Of a DNA stretch of 64,000 bases, positions 30,198 through 43,450 are shown one piece after another (positions within the stretch are counted from its first letter, which is position 1; every line of letters starts with the position of its first letter). This DNA is from the human T2T-CHM13v2.0 reference genome, Homo sapiens. The stretch lies in NCBI RefSeq assembly GCF_009914755.1, contig NC_060939.1; one strand, written 5' to 3'. The notes below the pieces were generated by a model. That model ran no database searches. It was not told the origin of the DNA and saw nothing but the letters and a program-made list of their open reading frames with translations. The position numbers and the translations under genes were made by a program.

Positions 30198-32239
30198 CTG
30201 TGTAAATCACAGTTATAAAATGTTTGCAGGTGCAGAGTTGAACAATTCTCTTTTCACTGTGCTTTATAATTCTCAAAGATGGTTATTAATAGGTGTCAGA
30301 ACAAAGATAACTTTTTAGGCTCACAATCCCTGCAGCAACGCCTTCTGGCCCTTGATTGTTTAGGTCTGCTAATGTAACCACACTGGGGAAATGTTTTAAA
30401 CGTGCTAACGCTTCTAAATGCCATTTTCTCATCAAAATATTTTCCCTTATTTGGTCCACCGAGCTAATGCATTTATGTGACACCTACATTAACACTGCAG
30501 TCTCTTCACACCTTGACCCCTTCCTTGTAGTCAAAGTACACTCCAATGCTGGAGGCTACAGGCCTCTGAAAAAAATGGAGACAATTAGGTAAAAAGTAAT
30601 ACCTGGGTTTGATGGGCTTTGCAGGCTGAACCAAGGTGGTTTCTGAACTCTGTGTTACATTAGGCAACATGTGAGAAAAATTTCTTGAATCCTTATCCAC
30701 ATCTACATCTAATGGTACCCTGTGTTAGTCATTTCAGTCCTGTGGGTAAGAGAAATTCCTGGGACCTGTTGTTTAGCATCCTAATCTTACATGAGCTCCT
30801 GAGCGCTGGATTTTATGTCCACAATCCGCAACTTGTAACTCCAGTATCCTAATTGAGCCAGAAAAATAACAATGGAAAACCTGTGTCTAGAATGGAAATA
30901 GGATCAGATAGCAGATGTAATGAGAAATATAAGCCTTCTCTTTTCTTTTCTATTTACTTTGTGTTTGGTTTTTGTGTGAATCTATGTTGGCATGGGGTGG
31001 TAGGATGCCCTCAGTTACTTTGCTATAAGCAAAATTTCAATATTACCTGAAGGAAGGAAAGTGGAGAAGTGGAGAAACAGTTGGAGGTAGTAAGGAGAGA
31101 ATGACGCTGGCAAACTCACCATCCCCCAGGTTTTTATAGTTTAGTATCTACTGTATCCCAGGATGTTAGCAATACAAAGAAAAATAAGACATAGACATAG
31201 AGACCAAAGTCTTGGGTAAAAAGAATCATTCGAGTAGGGCAGAGAAAATTAGGAATGGGAGTATGGAGGGAATGGATAGCAGTCGAGATTGTGGAATCGC
31301 ATGCCAGTTCTTCAGCTGTAAATTGGCACACTGGCATCCTAGGACTGCATTGATGCCAGTGTGTCAATTTATAACCTAGCCAGACTTAGGGCCAAGATGT
31401 CAGGAGTTCAGAGGAGAAGAGTTTCATGGAGGAGCAGGTGTTGGAGACTAGAACCGTTGATTAAAATTGAATGTGGAGAGAGGGACTTCTAGGTTGAGCA
31501 AACTCTGAGTTGGGAAAGTGTTGGCATGTATGGAGAATGAAAATAGGTACTGTAAATCTCAACATTATAAACCAAATTAATAGATATTTAATTGAATGTG
31601 TATGTTGTAAGTCCAAAGAGTCAAGTGAGATTTTTTTCTTTTCCACATATTCTGCCAGAAAATTAAGATAAAGGGAACTGAGTTTGTTTTAAGAGTATTA
31701 AACTGTTAAACATTTATGAACAACGAACATGAACATCTGTGAGACTTTATCAAGGCATTTTCTGCAGAGTTGAACAGAAAATTTTGAGCATATCCAATAG
31801 TCCAAGTAAGGAAACCCTGGAATTTCCAACAGGAGGCAGGGCTGAAGGCAGAAATGGAATTGCTATTTGGTAAGTAAAGGCCTATTTTCTTATATTGTGT
31901 TTGGAGAGAGATTTTCTGAAGAGAAGAGGAATAATAAATTGAGAGCAAGTTTCCCATTGTATGGGAAAGGGGTCTAGAAACAGCTGTGTTCTTAATCAGC
32001 AACTATCCTCAGAGGAGACATCGGTGAGTTTTGTGGGTGTTAAAAATGAGTCTTCATATCCCAAAAAGTTGCTGACCACTAGCAAAGGGCCTGATAACTA
32101 GATACTCATAGAGCCAGAAGTTGGTAAAGTTTTTGCAGTATTATCCAGGGAAGAAAGATGGCATGAATTTTTGGATTCCAGAAGAGGTACCATCTTTGAA
32201 GTATTAACATTAGGCCTCACCATGGTTAACACTGTCAAT

Positions 32240-32410
32240 AGCTGCTATGAATAGAGAACATGTTCTGTGCTTAGGACTTTTTACATACCATTTCATTTAA
32301 TCTTCATGATGACCTTATGAATTACACCTATTATAGAAATGAGAAAACTAAGGATCTTTCCCAAGATCATACACTTGATGATGAAGCTGGATTTGAATCA
32401 GGTCTTGCTG
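32240..32410 (-). mobile_element. MIR SINE
   Basis: tttcatttaatcttcatgatgaccttatga...gagaaaactaagg...ggatttgaatcaggtc. Confidence 0.75.
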
Positions 32411-32527
32411 GGTTTCTATTATCTTGTGTGGAGTGTGAACAAAGAAATATTGCAGAATGAAGTCCGTTTTTGAAGGATGAGTGTTCTGGGTACAAAGTGA
32501 TATATCATTGTCCACTTAGCTTGATGC

Positions 32528-32532
<5 letters not shown>

Positions 32533-32559
<27 letters not shown>

Positions 32560-32815
32560 GGGGGTCTTGCTCTGTTACCCAGGCTGGAATGCAGTGATGT
32601 TATCATGGCTTGCTGCAGCCTCGACCTCTTGGGTTCAAGCCATCCTCCTGCCTCAGCCTCCAGAGTAGCTGGGAGTATGGGTGCACCAGCATGCCTGGCT
32701 AATTTTCATTATTTTTTGTAGAGACAGAGTCTTGCTATGCTGCCCAGGCTGGTCTTGAACTCCTGGCCTCAAATGATCCCCCACCTTAGCCTGCCAAAGT
32801 GCTAAGATTACAAGC
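32533..32815 (-). mobile_element. AluJ SINE lacking about the first 20 nt
   Basis: Perfect TSD agcttgatgcttttt at 32518-32532 and 32816-32830. Confidence 0.94.
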
Positions 32816-33119
32816 AGCTTGATGCTTTTTGAAGCAGGGTTTTTTCTTTTATTAGCACAGATAAGAAACCTACTAAGACCCAGTCTTAGGTGTTTCAGAA
32901 AAAGAGTGGATTTGATTCTGAAAGAAGCATTGTTGAAAACTCATTCAAGGGCGAGAAGAGAAGAATCAAAGCAGCAAGCTCTTAAACCAACTATATTAAA
33001 AACTTTCACTTTTGTTGATTGCTTTTTTACCTTGAATAGCGGACACATCAGATTACGATAGTGTGCAAGCTTAGTCTGACTACATTTAAGAAATATTAAC
33101 GCTGAATGTGTATCTAAGC

Positions 33120-33330
33120 TGTGTAGGAGCTTATAGGAGCTGGAGTTAAGAATATCCACTTTGAAATAAGACAGATCTGGATTCAGATTCTGGGTCAGCA
33201 GCTTACTATCTCTGTAGGCTTCAGTCTCTCACCCAGAAATGACAGTATCAATCCTTAGTTCACAGGCTTGCTTTAAGGATTAAATGGGAAGATGCCTAGT
33301 CTATAGCAAGTGCTCACTAAATGTTGCTGC
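33120..33330 (+). mobile_element. MIR SINE
   Basis: agacagatctggattcagattctgg...cttcagtctctc...ttaaggattaaatggga...gtgctcactaaatgttgct. Confidence 0.75.
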
Positions 33331-33884
33331 TGTGTCCTCTGTGCATTTTTCTTTTCTATTCTGTCTTCATTCTCACTCTGTTACTTTCCACCCTATATTC
33401 TTTTCCTGGAACCTCCCACCCTTTCTATCCCTGTATCACCTGGGAATCTGAACAGTGCCCTTGTGATGCCTTTCACCCCAGTCTACAGGACAAACTGGAA
33501 TATCCTGCCCAGTCTGGGCGGTCTGTAGGGCAGGGGAACCTGGAAGGAACAGTGAGCCAGAGAGTCTCCCTGGAAATTGGATATTCTCATGATGGCTGTG
33601 TGTCTCTTTTGCCAGATTCTCTGCTCTCCTGCTCATGATACTTGGTTAATTTTACAACCCAGCTGGAGGAGAGAAGGTGGCCAGAGCAAACTTCAAAAAT
33701 AAAACTTCCGTTTTTAGTTTCTGGCATTTCCTTTTAATTTTCTTTAATTTTTCTTTTTACAAGGTAGCCTCTGGCAACTGAGAAGGAGCAAGCAGCATCT
33801 TATTGGCAAAGTGAAAAGCATTCTTAGTCATTTCTTTAGAGAAAGTTTTTTTCTTTAATAAACCAAATCAATAGTGAAATATGA

Positions 33885-34060
33885 ACTGGGTATGGTGGTG
33901 TGCACCTGTAGTCCTGGCTGCTCAGGAGGCTGAAGTGGGAGGATCGTTTGAGCCCAGGAGTTTGAGACTACAGTGAGCTGTGATTGCGCTGGTGAATAGT
34001 CCCTGCTCTCCAGCCTGGGTGACAGTGTGAGACTCTGTCTCTGAAAAACATAAACATAAC
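33885..34060 (+). mobile_element. Free Alu monomer (FAM-like)
   Basis: Monomer only; retains the 7SL-derived gtgaatag segment absent from dimeric Alus; approximate TSD aa(t/c)a(g/a)tgaaatatg. Confidence 0.8.
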
Positions 34061-34371
34061 AATGAAATATGGAGAGTTGTACCCAGGTGGGAAAGAGTCT
34101 TTCCTTCTCACCTGGAGACAGTAAATAAGATGGGCTGGTGGCAGGTTGGTAAAGCATGGATCCCAGGACAGATGAAAGGGAATTTTCCAGGTATGGTTTC
34201 TGAGACAGGAGGTAGATTTTCTAGAGGAAAATTTAGAGATGAGTGAACCAGGAAGAGAATACCAAGTGTTTTTAAAAGATAATTTGCCCTGAAACACAAA
34301 TTAGAGAAACTGGGAGCAGCAGGAGAAAATTCAGCAAAAAAACGGTAATACGATGTATCCAAATCATAACA

Positions 34372-34671
<300 letters not shown>

Positions 34672-35119
34672 AGAATTATATCATTCTTTATGATTTCCTT
34701 TGACATAAACCCTGTCACTTACTAATCTCCTTTGAATCTGCTAAAACCTTGTGAAATTAGTATTGTCTCTATTCTACAAATAAGAAAAGTGAAGCTCCTC
34801 GGGTTCAGCTGACTTGCACAAAACTACGCAGTTAGATGATAGTGGAGGCTGTCACTAAACTTATTCTGAAGGAATGATTTGGCTGGTAGATTTTGTTGCT
34901 TAAAATTTCCCTTTTCTGCTCTGACTGGTACATATATGCACAATTATGCATTATACACATGTTTCCTGGCACTTCTCGTGGGGAGAGAAACTAGTTACTT
35001 ATAATCTAGGACCCATTGTCTCAAATATTAGAGTTGTTTGCTTGCCATGGCCTGAAATGCTGACCAACGTGGTCCTAAACTATGGAGAAAGAAAGGTCTT
35101 ACATCTGAATGCCATGTAA

Positions 35120-35350
35120 GAAGCTGACATTTATCATGTGTTTACTGTGGGCCAGTCACAGTGTAAGTTTTATGTACATTAACTCATTGAATCCTGCAGT
35201 AACCCAGGAGATGGGTATTGTCATCATCTCCATCTTCTAGGTGAGTAAAAGGAAGCACAGGCAGGTTAAATGCATTTTCCAAGCACTCACAGATAGGAAG
35301 TGGGGCTGGTGGCATTTAACACCAGGCAGTCTTATTCAGAGCATGCCATC
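35120..35350 (-). mobile_element. MIR SINE
   Basis: acatttatcatgtgtttactgtgggccag...attaactcattgaatcctgcag...gaagcacaggcaggttaaatg. Confidence 0.75.
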
Positions 35351-35560
35351 TTCACACGCTTGGCTCTTTTGCATTATACCAGAGGGCTGGTGAATTTATC
35401 GGGCCAGCTTGTTGGCATCCTTATCTTGAGAGGAAGGAGCTTAGGCAGCAGTGGTGTGAGCACACCAAGGCAGAGACACACCAAGGAAATGGAGGGGGAT
35501 GTGGGTACGCTGGCCACAGAAGATGGATGGGTGTCAAGTGGGAAGAATAGGTGAATTTTC

Positions 35561-35623
35561 TTTCTTTTTTTTTTTTTTGAGACAGAGTCTGTCTCTGTGA
35601 CCCAGGCTGGAGTGCAGTGGTGT
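35561..35623 (-). mobile_element. Severely 5'-truncated Alu (about 45 bp body plus tail)
   Basis: TSD agaataggtgaattttc (35544-35560) / agaatgggtgaatattt (35624-35640). Confidence 0.9.
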
Positions 35624-36639
35624 AGAATGGGTGAATATTTTAACTAAGTGGCACAGATCAACAGATTTTAAACCAATGCTTTTCAGTTTTTCCTAGGACC
35701 AGTATAAATATATATCTCATTTATTTTGTTTGTTTCACCTGATACACACTGGAGGTCCAGAATATAAATCAAGGAAAGTCTTGAAATAACAGTCTGGTTG
35801 GAAGAAGGATTAAGGGAATTCACTGGAAACTGTGACACAAAGACACTATTCGTGCTTTAAACATTTTTAGGGTGGCTTTGTGGGGCTGTGGAAATTATCA
35901 GGGGAGGCTGAAGGCCCACCCCCACCCTTCTTTGGGGCCTACATGGTATCTACTTGTCAATACTATTCCATTTTTTAAATTTCTCATAAAATATTCCTGG
36001 CTTTGTTAGAAGAAAGTAGTTGCGTGTTGCATATTTTCAATAAAAAATGATTTACTTCCATTACATATGAGTTTGTGGAAGCAGTCTATGACCTTGCACA
36101 ATCTTCAGCAGCATGGAATGAAGCCCTTTGTATTATCTATGTAAGTCTTTAAATTTGGTATTTAGGTTAAATACAAAATATAGTTCTTAGCATTATTCCA
36201 AGGTCACTTCACGATGGAAAAAATGTTAAAAGCATAGAAGTAATGCATGAAAAATCCATTATTAAGAGCAGCACCCCCTTATCTACAATAGCAGTTACTT
36301 TAACACGATTTCCTTGCATTGTAGTGACATACTATTGCCATCACCGCTAAAGCTCTGTTAATGTTTCCATTATATATCTCTATTCAGCGTTTCCACCAGT
36401 TTATAATTCACTGTATTTCTGGGCTAAACTTTGGTTTATGGTAATCTCAGTTTAAAAACTTCCCCGAAGAAATTAAAAACATATGAATGAAAATGTGCAG
36501 CCCATCCTGTTTCTTGTGCACAGGGGAGCAAAACACCTTCTCGTTTGGGGGATTTGAGTGGGAAATTGATTTTTGTCTTTTAATCAGTTGCGACCAGGAT
36601 TATAAAGCTATTAGTGCAAAAGCATGCTGAACTAATTAA

Positions 36640-36900
36640 CCAGAGAACTGGAAAGGATCCTAGGAGGTCTCCAATAGGCAAGGTTATATCAGAACTTCCC
36701 AGACAAATGGGGTACAATGTCCAAAGAGCCCCGGGAAATCCATTCCATAATTGTTATTGCTAACTTGTTCCACTGTTTAACAACCCCTACTGTCAGGAAT
36801 TTTTTCCTTATGTTTAACTCAAATCCTTGCAGTTTAAGCCAATTTCCCACTGCTTTTAGGGGAAATGACAAACAGCTATTTGACACTGTAGGAATAATAA
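36640..36900 (-). mobile_element. CR1/L3-type LINE 3' ORF2 remnant
   Basis: ORF 36689-36940 contains GNWLKLQGFELNIRKKFLTVGVVKQWNKL, matching the CR1 C-terminal motif GNGLKL..RFRLDIRK.FFT.RVVKHWN.L. Confidence 0.85.
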
Positions 36901-37169
36901 CTTCTTTTATTTTATATACGCCACTATTGGATCCCTCCAAGGCTCAACCTTTCCAATAGAACACTTTTTTTTCCTGGTTCCGGTTTTAAAAGCCTGAATC
37001 ATTGTCTCTATTTTCTTAAGTATTGGAACCCCATAATAAGCCTTAGTTGAATAATTAGCATTAATCTGCCCTGCCCATTAATGCAGAAATATCTCATGAT
37101 TTTCATATGGCCAATTAAAGTGTTCCAGTCCTTTTCTTGTCTTGGAAAATAAAATTATTTCACTTGAAA

Positions 37170-37300
37170 TTGCACATGAGCTCCAAATCATTCTCTGCCT
37201 CATTTGTAAGAAGGAGTTTGGCTCCAAGATGTGCAGATCTGAGCTGAATGCAGGACGTGATTTGAACCCAGGTCTGTCTGCTTTCAAAGCCCTCCTCACT
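37170..37300 (-). mobile_element. MIR SINE fragment
   Basis: gatttgaacccaggtctgtctgctttcaaagcc. Confidence 0.75.
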
Positions 37301-37614
37301 GACCACTGATGGTGGCTTCCCAGTTTCTATGTAGGAAGGATTAAGGGACAGAATATGCTTGGCAAGGAGGACATGGAGACTTGTCTTAGAGATGCATTTG
37401 CTTGGTAAGTATATGGATTTTATATAGATTATTTTCTTACATGAGATTGAGAAAATAATTGAAATTATAGGATGAAGGTAAAACAAGAGTTTCAGGGGAA
37501 GCTAAAACTCTACAAATTCCTTTCAGTGCCAGTACAGCCATTACCCTGCAAACCTAAAAATGATCTGGTGCCTCTAAACTGTTCAGAGGTGATAGTGATG
37601 AGTTGGCAGATAAG

Positions 37615-37740
37615 TATTCCTAAGGCACAGAGAGGTTCAAAATCTTGCCCAAGGTTACAAAGCTAGTAAATGGTGCAGCCAGAATTTGAACTTGGGCAGT
37701 GTGACTCAGTAGTCTGTATTCTTGACTGCTCTGCTGTGCT
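37615..37740 (-). mobile_element. MIR SINE fragment
   Basis: aaggcacagagaggttcaaaatcttgcccaaggttacaaagctagtaaatggtgcagccagaatttgaac. Confidence 0.85.
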
Positions 37741-39085
37741 GCCTCCCATGATGGGCACACAGATGATAGAGGGCAAGTCAAGCCAGTGCCAGCCTCACGG
37801 TAGCTCAAAGGCACGGGGCATTTAAGTGTTACATCATGAGAGATGAGCTATTAGGATAGAAATCCGACGTGGTCCCATATCAGGAAAGAGAATGCTTTAT
37901 TACAGATCAAGAGGGAAAGCAGTCAAAAGATTAGCCATGAAATGCAACAATATGGAAGTGCAGAACACGAAAAGGGGCCACTGAGAGAGGAATGTTCAAG
38001 GAAGAGGGGAATATTGTTGGATAAAATGTTGGCTTGGGAACTAATCAGGTGACATGGCACCTTTGACATATTAACTTTTTAATGGCTTTCCTGCTTGGCT
38101 CAACTTGGGTAGAATATGTTTTTAAAGCAAAAGGGCTGATATGTGCATCTGGGTGCATCCAAAGAGAAGTCTTTAGTGTCTGGGCCACCTGGCTTGGCCC
38201 TTGGCCAGAATGTTCATCTTATTATTAAGGATATATGTGGGGCTTATTGAATGTATGATCTCAGGTTCAGAAAGTCAAGACAAAAACTGACCAACACAGG
38301 CTGAGATGAAGGACTGAATTTTCCAAGACCATATTCTATAAGAAAATGTGAATACTGGTTAACATAAAAAAATTTAACAAGTCAGCTGATGTATCAAAGC
38401 AGGACAGAGAGGTCAATAAGCAACAGGAACTATCATAAAGCAAGTAGGGTCTTTAATTTAAACCTAGATGGAGCCATTAATGGGGAGAGATTGTTAGGGG
38501 GAGATAAAGAAAATGGAAAATATTGAATAAAATAAAAATACAATTTGGAATGTACACTTGATAATGGCCCAGATGAGGACTCAAATTGGTTCTAGGAAAT
38601 TCTCCCTTTCCTCCAAAGACAACTGGGGGAGCGGATGGCAAGCCATCTTCAAATATTAAACGGGCAGCCACATTGAAGAGTAGTTGTCCAGTATTTGACT
38701 TTGCCTGTGTGGCATCACAGTAGAGGCTCTAAACTGCATGACTGGGGCCAGTGTTGGGCTGTGATGCTGGTAATTGGTTAGTAATATATTGGTCATCCTA
38801 TGATAATGCCTCCCTCATTTCCTTACTTTCTTGACTTGCTTTTCTGGACTGAGAGAATGAGGTGCAGTGGGAACTACTCCAAGTCGGCAGTTTTTTTTTC
38901 TTTTATGGTAACTAACTTTCACTAATGTCCTATTAGTGTCATAATTACCCATATGTCTGGGGTAGGCGATGGGATGGGGCCTAATAAGATGTCAGTGGTG
39001 TGAAATGCTGGGTAGGAGAGCAGATTTCTTCCTGAGTGCCAAGTGTTGAGGGCTATGATGTATGGAGTGCTGTCAGGATTGCAGG

Positions 39086-39890
39086 TGACAAAGAAAAACC
39101 TAGGACAAGTTAAATTTAACTTTTATTTATTATTTGAAGGAAAGAAGTTTCAGAGCTGGACAGCATTCAAAACAAGATTTTGAATGCTGGGGGTTCAGAA
39201 TGCTCCCACGCCCACCTTAGTGAGTATATTAGTTGGTTTTCACACTGATACAAAGACACTACCTGAGACTGAGTAATTTATGAAGAAAAGAGGTTTAATT
39301 GACTCACAGTTCCATATGGCAGGGGGGGCCTCAGGAAACTTACAATCATGGTGGAAGGCAAAGGGGAAGAAAAGCATGTCTTACTATGGCGAAGCAAGAG
39401 AGAGAGAGGGAGCTAAGGGGGCACTTCCAAACACTTTTAAACCATCATATCTCATGAGAGCTCACTCACTATCAGGAGAACGGCACAGGGGAAACTGCCC
39501 CCACGATCCAGTCACCTCCCAGCAGGTCCCTCCCTTGATGTGTGAGTATTACAATTTGAGATGAGATTTGGGTGGTGTCACAGAGCCAAACCATATCAGT
39601 GAGCTATATTTATAACCCGAAAAACAGGAAACAATGCACAGAGATTACCTGATTGGTACAGTTCCCCGTTTGCCTTATTTGGGCATAATTTGGCAGCTTT
39701 CAGCCTGGGATTGGCTGAGGGTTTTGCTGCTATGATTTGACGAGACTCAGTTGCTTGGTTACAAAGATATACTCCCAGGTTAAGTTATATCTTGTTTATG
39801 CATGGAACTAGTGTACAGTTCACCATGTGCTGAGACTGCTTAGGGCCAAGCTTTATTAACAAAGTATGGAAGCCAGTTTAGGTCAAATAT
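39086..39890 (-). mobile_element. ERV1 LTR of the MER57/MER93 group, split by a THE1 LTR
   Basis: Similar organisation to the LTR at 5765-6147 (aagttaaatttaac, ctgattggtacag, tttgccttattt, gattggctgag, cagttcaccatgtg). Confidence 0.6.
39225..39598 (-). mobile_element. THE1D-like MaLR solo LTR
   Basis: Full LTR ending gccaaaccatatca; perfect 5-bp TSD gtgag at 39220-39224 and 39599-39603. Confidence 0.92.
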
Positions 39891-40497
39891 ATCTGCTGGG
39901 GAGGTGCTTGGCTGCTGCTGGTTTGGAAAAGTCAGTCCTGGATTATCTGGAAAGATTCTTAAAGGCTCTACTGCAGCAGAAACACTACTTTCTGTGCAAA
40001 TAAGAGGGCTTTTCCCCATGCAACCAACATATGCAAAATTTTTCGAATAAAAGTTATCTAGGGAATATTGTTTTCTTTAAGGTCTCTGAGCTTCCTTGGG
40101 AATTAAGGGTTTATTTCAGTTGGAAACCTGCCAGCAGGTTAAGCACTATCTATGGGAATAGATGAAGAATCATTAACTAGTTCCATTGCGAATATGAAAA
40201 GCATGCAGGATGATTTGTGATAGCCAAACCATCTGAGAAGGGTGGTTTTCCTTCCTCTCGCCTGAAGGTTTTCATTCCTGTTGCATTGCCATGTACACCA
40301 CTATGATCAAGGAGTCCTTCCTTGGGTCCAACTTTAATTTATTCTGAGGTCATTTAAGCCAAATTTTGTTCACTCCCTTTCTGCTCTTGCTGCCTTGCCA
40401 ATACAAATAATTTTTTGTTTGTTTGTAACTATTGCTGATGTTTTATTGCTGTCATGTCTGCAGTGGTTTATTTGGAAGAATGCCATTCATTCTTTAA

Positions 40498-40982
<485 letters not shown>

Positions 40983-41292
40983 TGATTATTCAGTTTTAAG
41001 CTCACCCACATCTTTCATATATCTTCACATATAGTTATTTTATAATTTTGGTTAGATCAGTATTCCAAGTTTACATCACTGAGACCATACAAACACTGTT
41101 TTCGGGATGTCCAAATACACCACCTATTCCATCCATTTGTCTTTGCCCCGGACCTGCCTCCATCTGGTCTGGTTGCCATCTCCACCTGAGGCTCAGCTGT
41201 CATCCTGGGATCTCTTTGTATTGTGACTTGGAAATTATCTTTGCTCTTCTCCTATGTCAGATCTTGTTTCTTCTCTGTATTAGTCCATTTTC

Positions 41293-41990
41293 TTTTCTTT
41301 TTTTTTTTTTTTTGGTTTTCTTTTTTTTTATTATTATACTTTACGTTCTAGGGTACTTGTGTACAACGTGCAGGTTTGTTACATAGTATACATGTGCCAT
41401 GTTGGTGTGCTGCACCCAGTAACTCGTCATTTACATTAGGTATATCTCCTAATGCTATCCCTTCCCCCTCCCTCCACCCCAAGACAGGCCCCGGTGTGTG
41501 ATGTTCCCCACCCTGTGTCCAAGTGTTCTCATTGTTCAATTCCCACCTATGAGTGAGAACAGGCGGTGTTTGGTTTTCTGTCTTTGCAATAGTTTGCTCA
41601 GAATGATGGTTTCCAGCTTCATCCATGTCCCTACAAAGGACATGAACTCATCCTTTTTTATGGCTGCATAGTATTCCATGGTGTATATGTGCCACATTTT
41701 CTTAATCCAGTCTATCACTGATGGACATTTGGGTTGGTTCCAAGACTTTGCTATTGTGAATAGTGCCACAATAATCATACGTGTGCATGTGTCTTTATAG
41801 CAGCATGATTTATGATCCTTTGGGTATATACCCAGTAATGGGATGGCTGGGTCAAATGGTATCTCTAGTTCCAGATCCTTGAGGAATCACTACACTGCCT
41901 TCCACAATGGTTGAACTAGTTTACAGTCCCACCAGCAGTGTGAAAGTGTTTCTATTTCTCCACATCCTCTCTAGCACCTGTTGTTTCCTG
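41293..41990 (-). mobile_element. L1PA (primate-specific) 5'-truncated 3' end, about 700 bp
   Basis: ORF 41536-41778 (ALFTIAKSWNQPKCPS...WIKKMWHIYTMEYYAAIKKDEF) is the L1 ORF2 C-terminus; L1PA 3' UTR; 17-bp TSD tgtattagtccattttc. Confidence 0.97.
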
Positions 41991-42368
41991 TGTATTAGTC
42001 CATTTTCATACTGCTATAAACAACTGCCCCAGACTAGGTAATTTATAAGGGAAAGAGGTTTAATTGACTCACAGTGCAGCATGGCTGGGATGGCCTCAGA
42101 AAACTTACAATCATGGCAGAAGGCAAAGGGAAAGCAAGACACCTTCTTCACAAGGCGGCTGGAAGAAATGGCAAGTTAAGTGGGGGAGAACCCTTTATAA
42201 AGCCGTCAGATCTTGTGAGAAGTCCCTCACTATCACAAGAACAACATGGGGGGGAAATGTCCCCATAATTCAATTGCCTCCACTTGATCTCTCCCTTGAC
42301 ACCCGGAGATTATGGGGATTACAATTCAAGATGAGATTTGGGTGGCGACGCAAAGCCTAACCATATCA
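41991..42368 (-). mobile_element. THE1D-like MaLR solo LTR
   Basis: tgtattagtccattttcatactgctataaa...gatgagatttgggtgg...ccatatca; its terminal 17 bp are duplicated at 41276-41292 by the L1PA insertion. Confidence 0.92.
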
Positions 42369-42399
42369 CTCTTTCTCCTACATCTTCCCTTTTGTGGTT

Positions 42400-43450
42400 T
42401 ACTACCTCATTTTGGTGGTGTACATCCTCTGGTAGCTTCCTGAGTTCCTGAGCAAGCCGTAGGAAGGAAGATGTTTTGAGTCCTACCATGTCTGACAGTG
42501 CTATATTCATTCTTGTGTTTATTTGTTAAATTTGAGTAGACATAGAATTTTAGGATGATTTTTTTTCTCTCTCCAGGGTTGAATACATTATTATATTGGT
42601 TTCTAGTTTCTAGTCCAAAGTCTTCTATTTCTAATTCTTAGTGCATGACCCATAGTCTGCCATCCCCAGATGGTAGGCTCTCACCTTTGTCCCCACCGCT
42701 CTGAAATTTCATGATGCTGTGCTGGAATGTGGGTCTATTTTTATCTTTTATGCTTGGCAATCAATGGACCCTTTCTATCTGGAACCAATGACTTTTTATT
42801 CTAAGAAAATCTCTAGAATTATTTCATTGATGATCTAGTCTCTTCTAATTTCTGTTTGCTCATTCTGAAACTCATGTTTTTCAGATACTGAAGGTACTAT
42901 ATTGGTCTTGTACCTCCATATAACTTTTCCATTTCTATTTCTTTGTCTCTCCCTTGTTCTTTAAGTTTTTTTTGTCTTTAATTTTTAACCCTTCTCTTGA
43001 ATATCGTCCTCCCTGGTATCACGCTTTCAACGTCTAAAATACTTTTAGTTTTAGTTTGGTTTCTAAAATCTTCTTTAAAACATAATATCCTCTTTTCGCT
43101 CATTGTTATATTACTTTCTCTTATTTTTGTGGGAATAGGAATGATAGTTTATTTGACAATTTCTGTCCTTCCAAGTTGCCTTTTCTTTTTGTGTGTTGTC
43201 ATCTACATCTTTCATGCTAGAGTCTTTCCCAGTGTTGCAATTTTCCTTGGTTTTTTAGTATTTAAAAGAGTGAGATTCTAAAAGCTTATTGGAGCTTGCC
43301 TATTGGGAAGTAAAGTTTTGGGTGATGTGACTGGGCCACTTAGTTGGGGAAGGTACCACATTAGGATTTTTCAGTCTTTGCTTTTGGGAGAAGGTGGTAT
43401 CCTGTGGAAAAAAAAGTCTTTCAATCTGTTTCCTAGAGGTGAAGCTGCCA
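42400..43450 (-). mobile_element. Ancient L1M/HAL1-type ORF1-region remnant
   Basis: ctgaaatttcatgatgctgtgc...gtgggtctatttt...tggaccctttctatctgga, T-rich antisense pattern. Confidence 0.5.

Noticed and set aside
31660-32080. Possible old DNA-transposon fragment (ends aaaaagttgctgaccactag)
   Set aside because: Could not match a family or find the partner terminal inverted repeat
36050-36540. Possible hAT transposase remnant on the minus strand
   Set aside because: Only vague, frameshifted resemblance by eye; needs a Dfam/HMMER search
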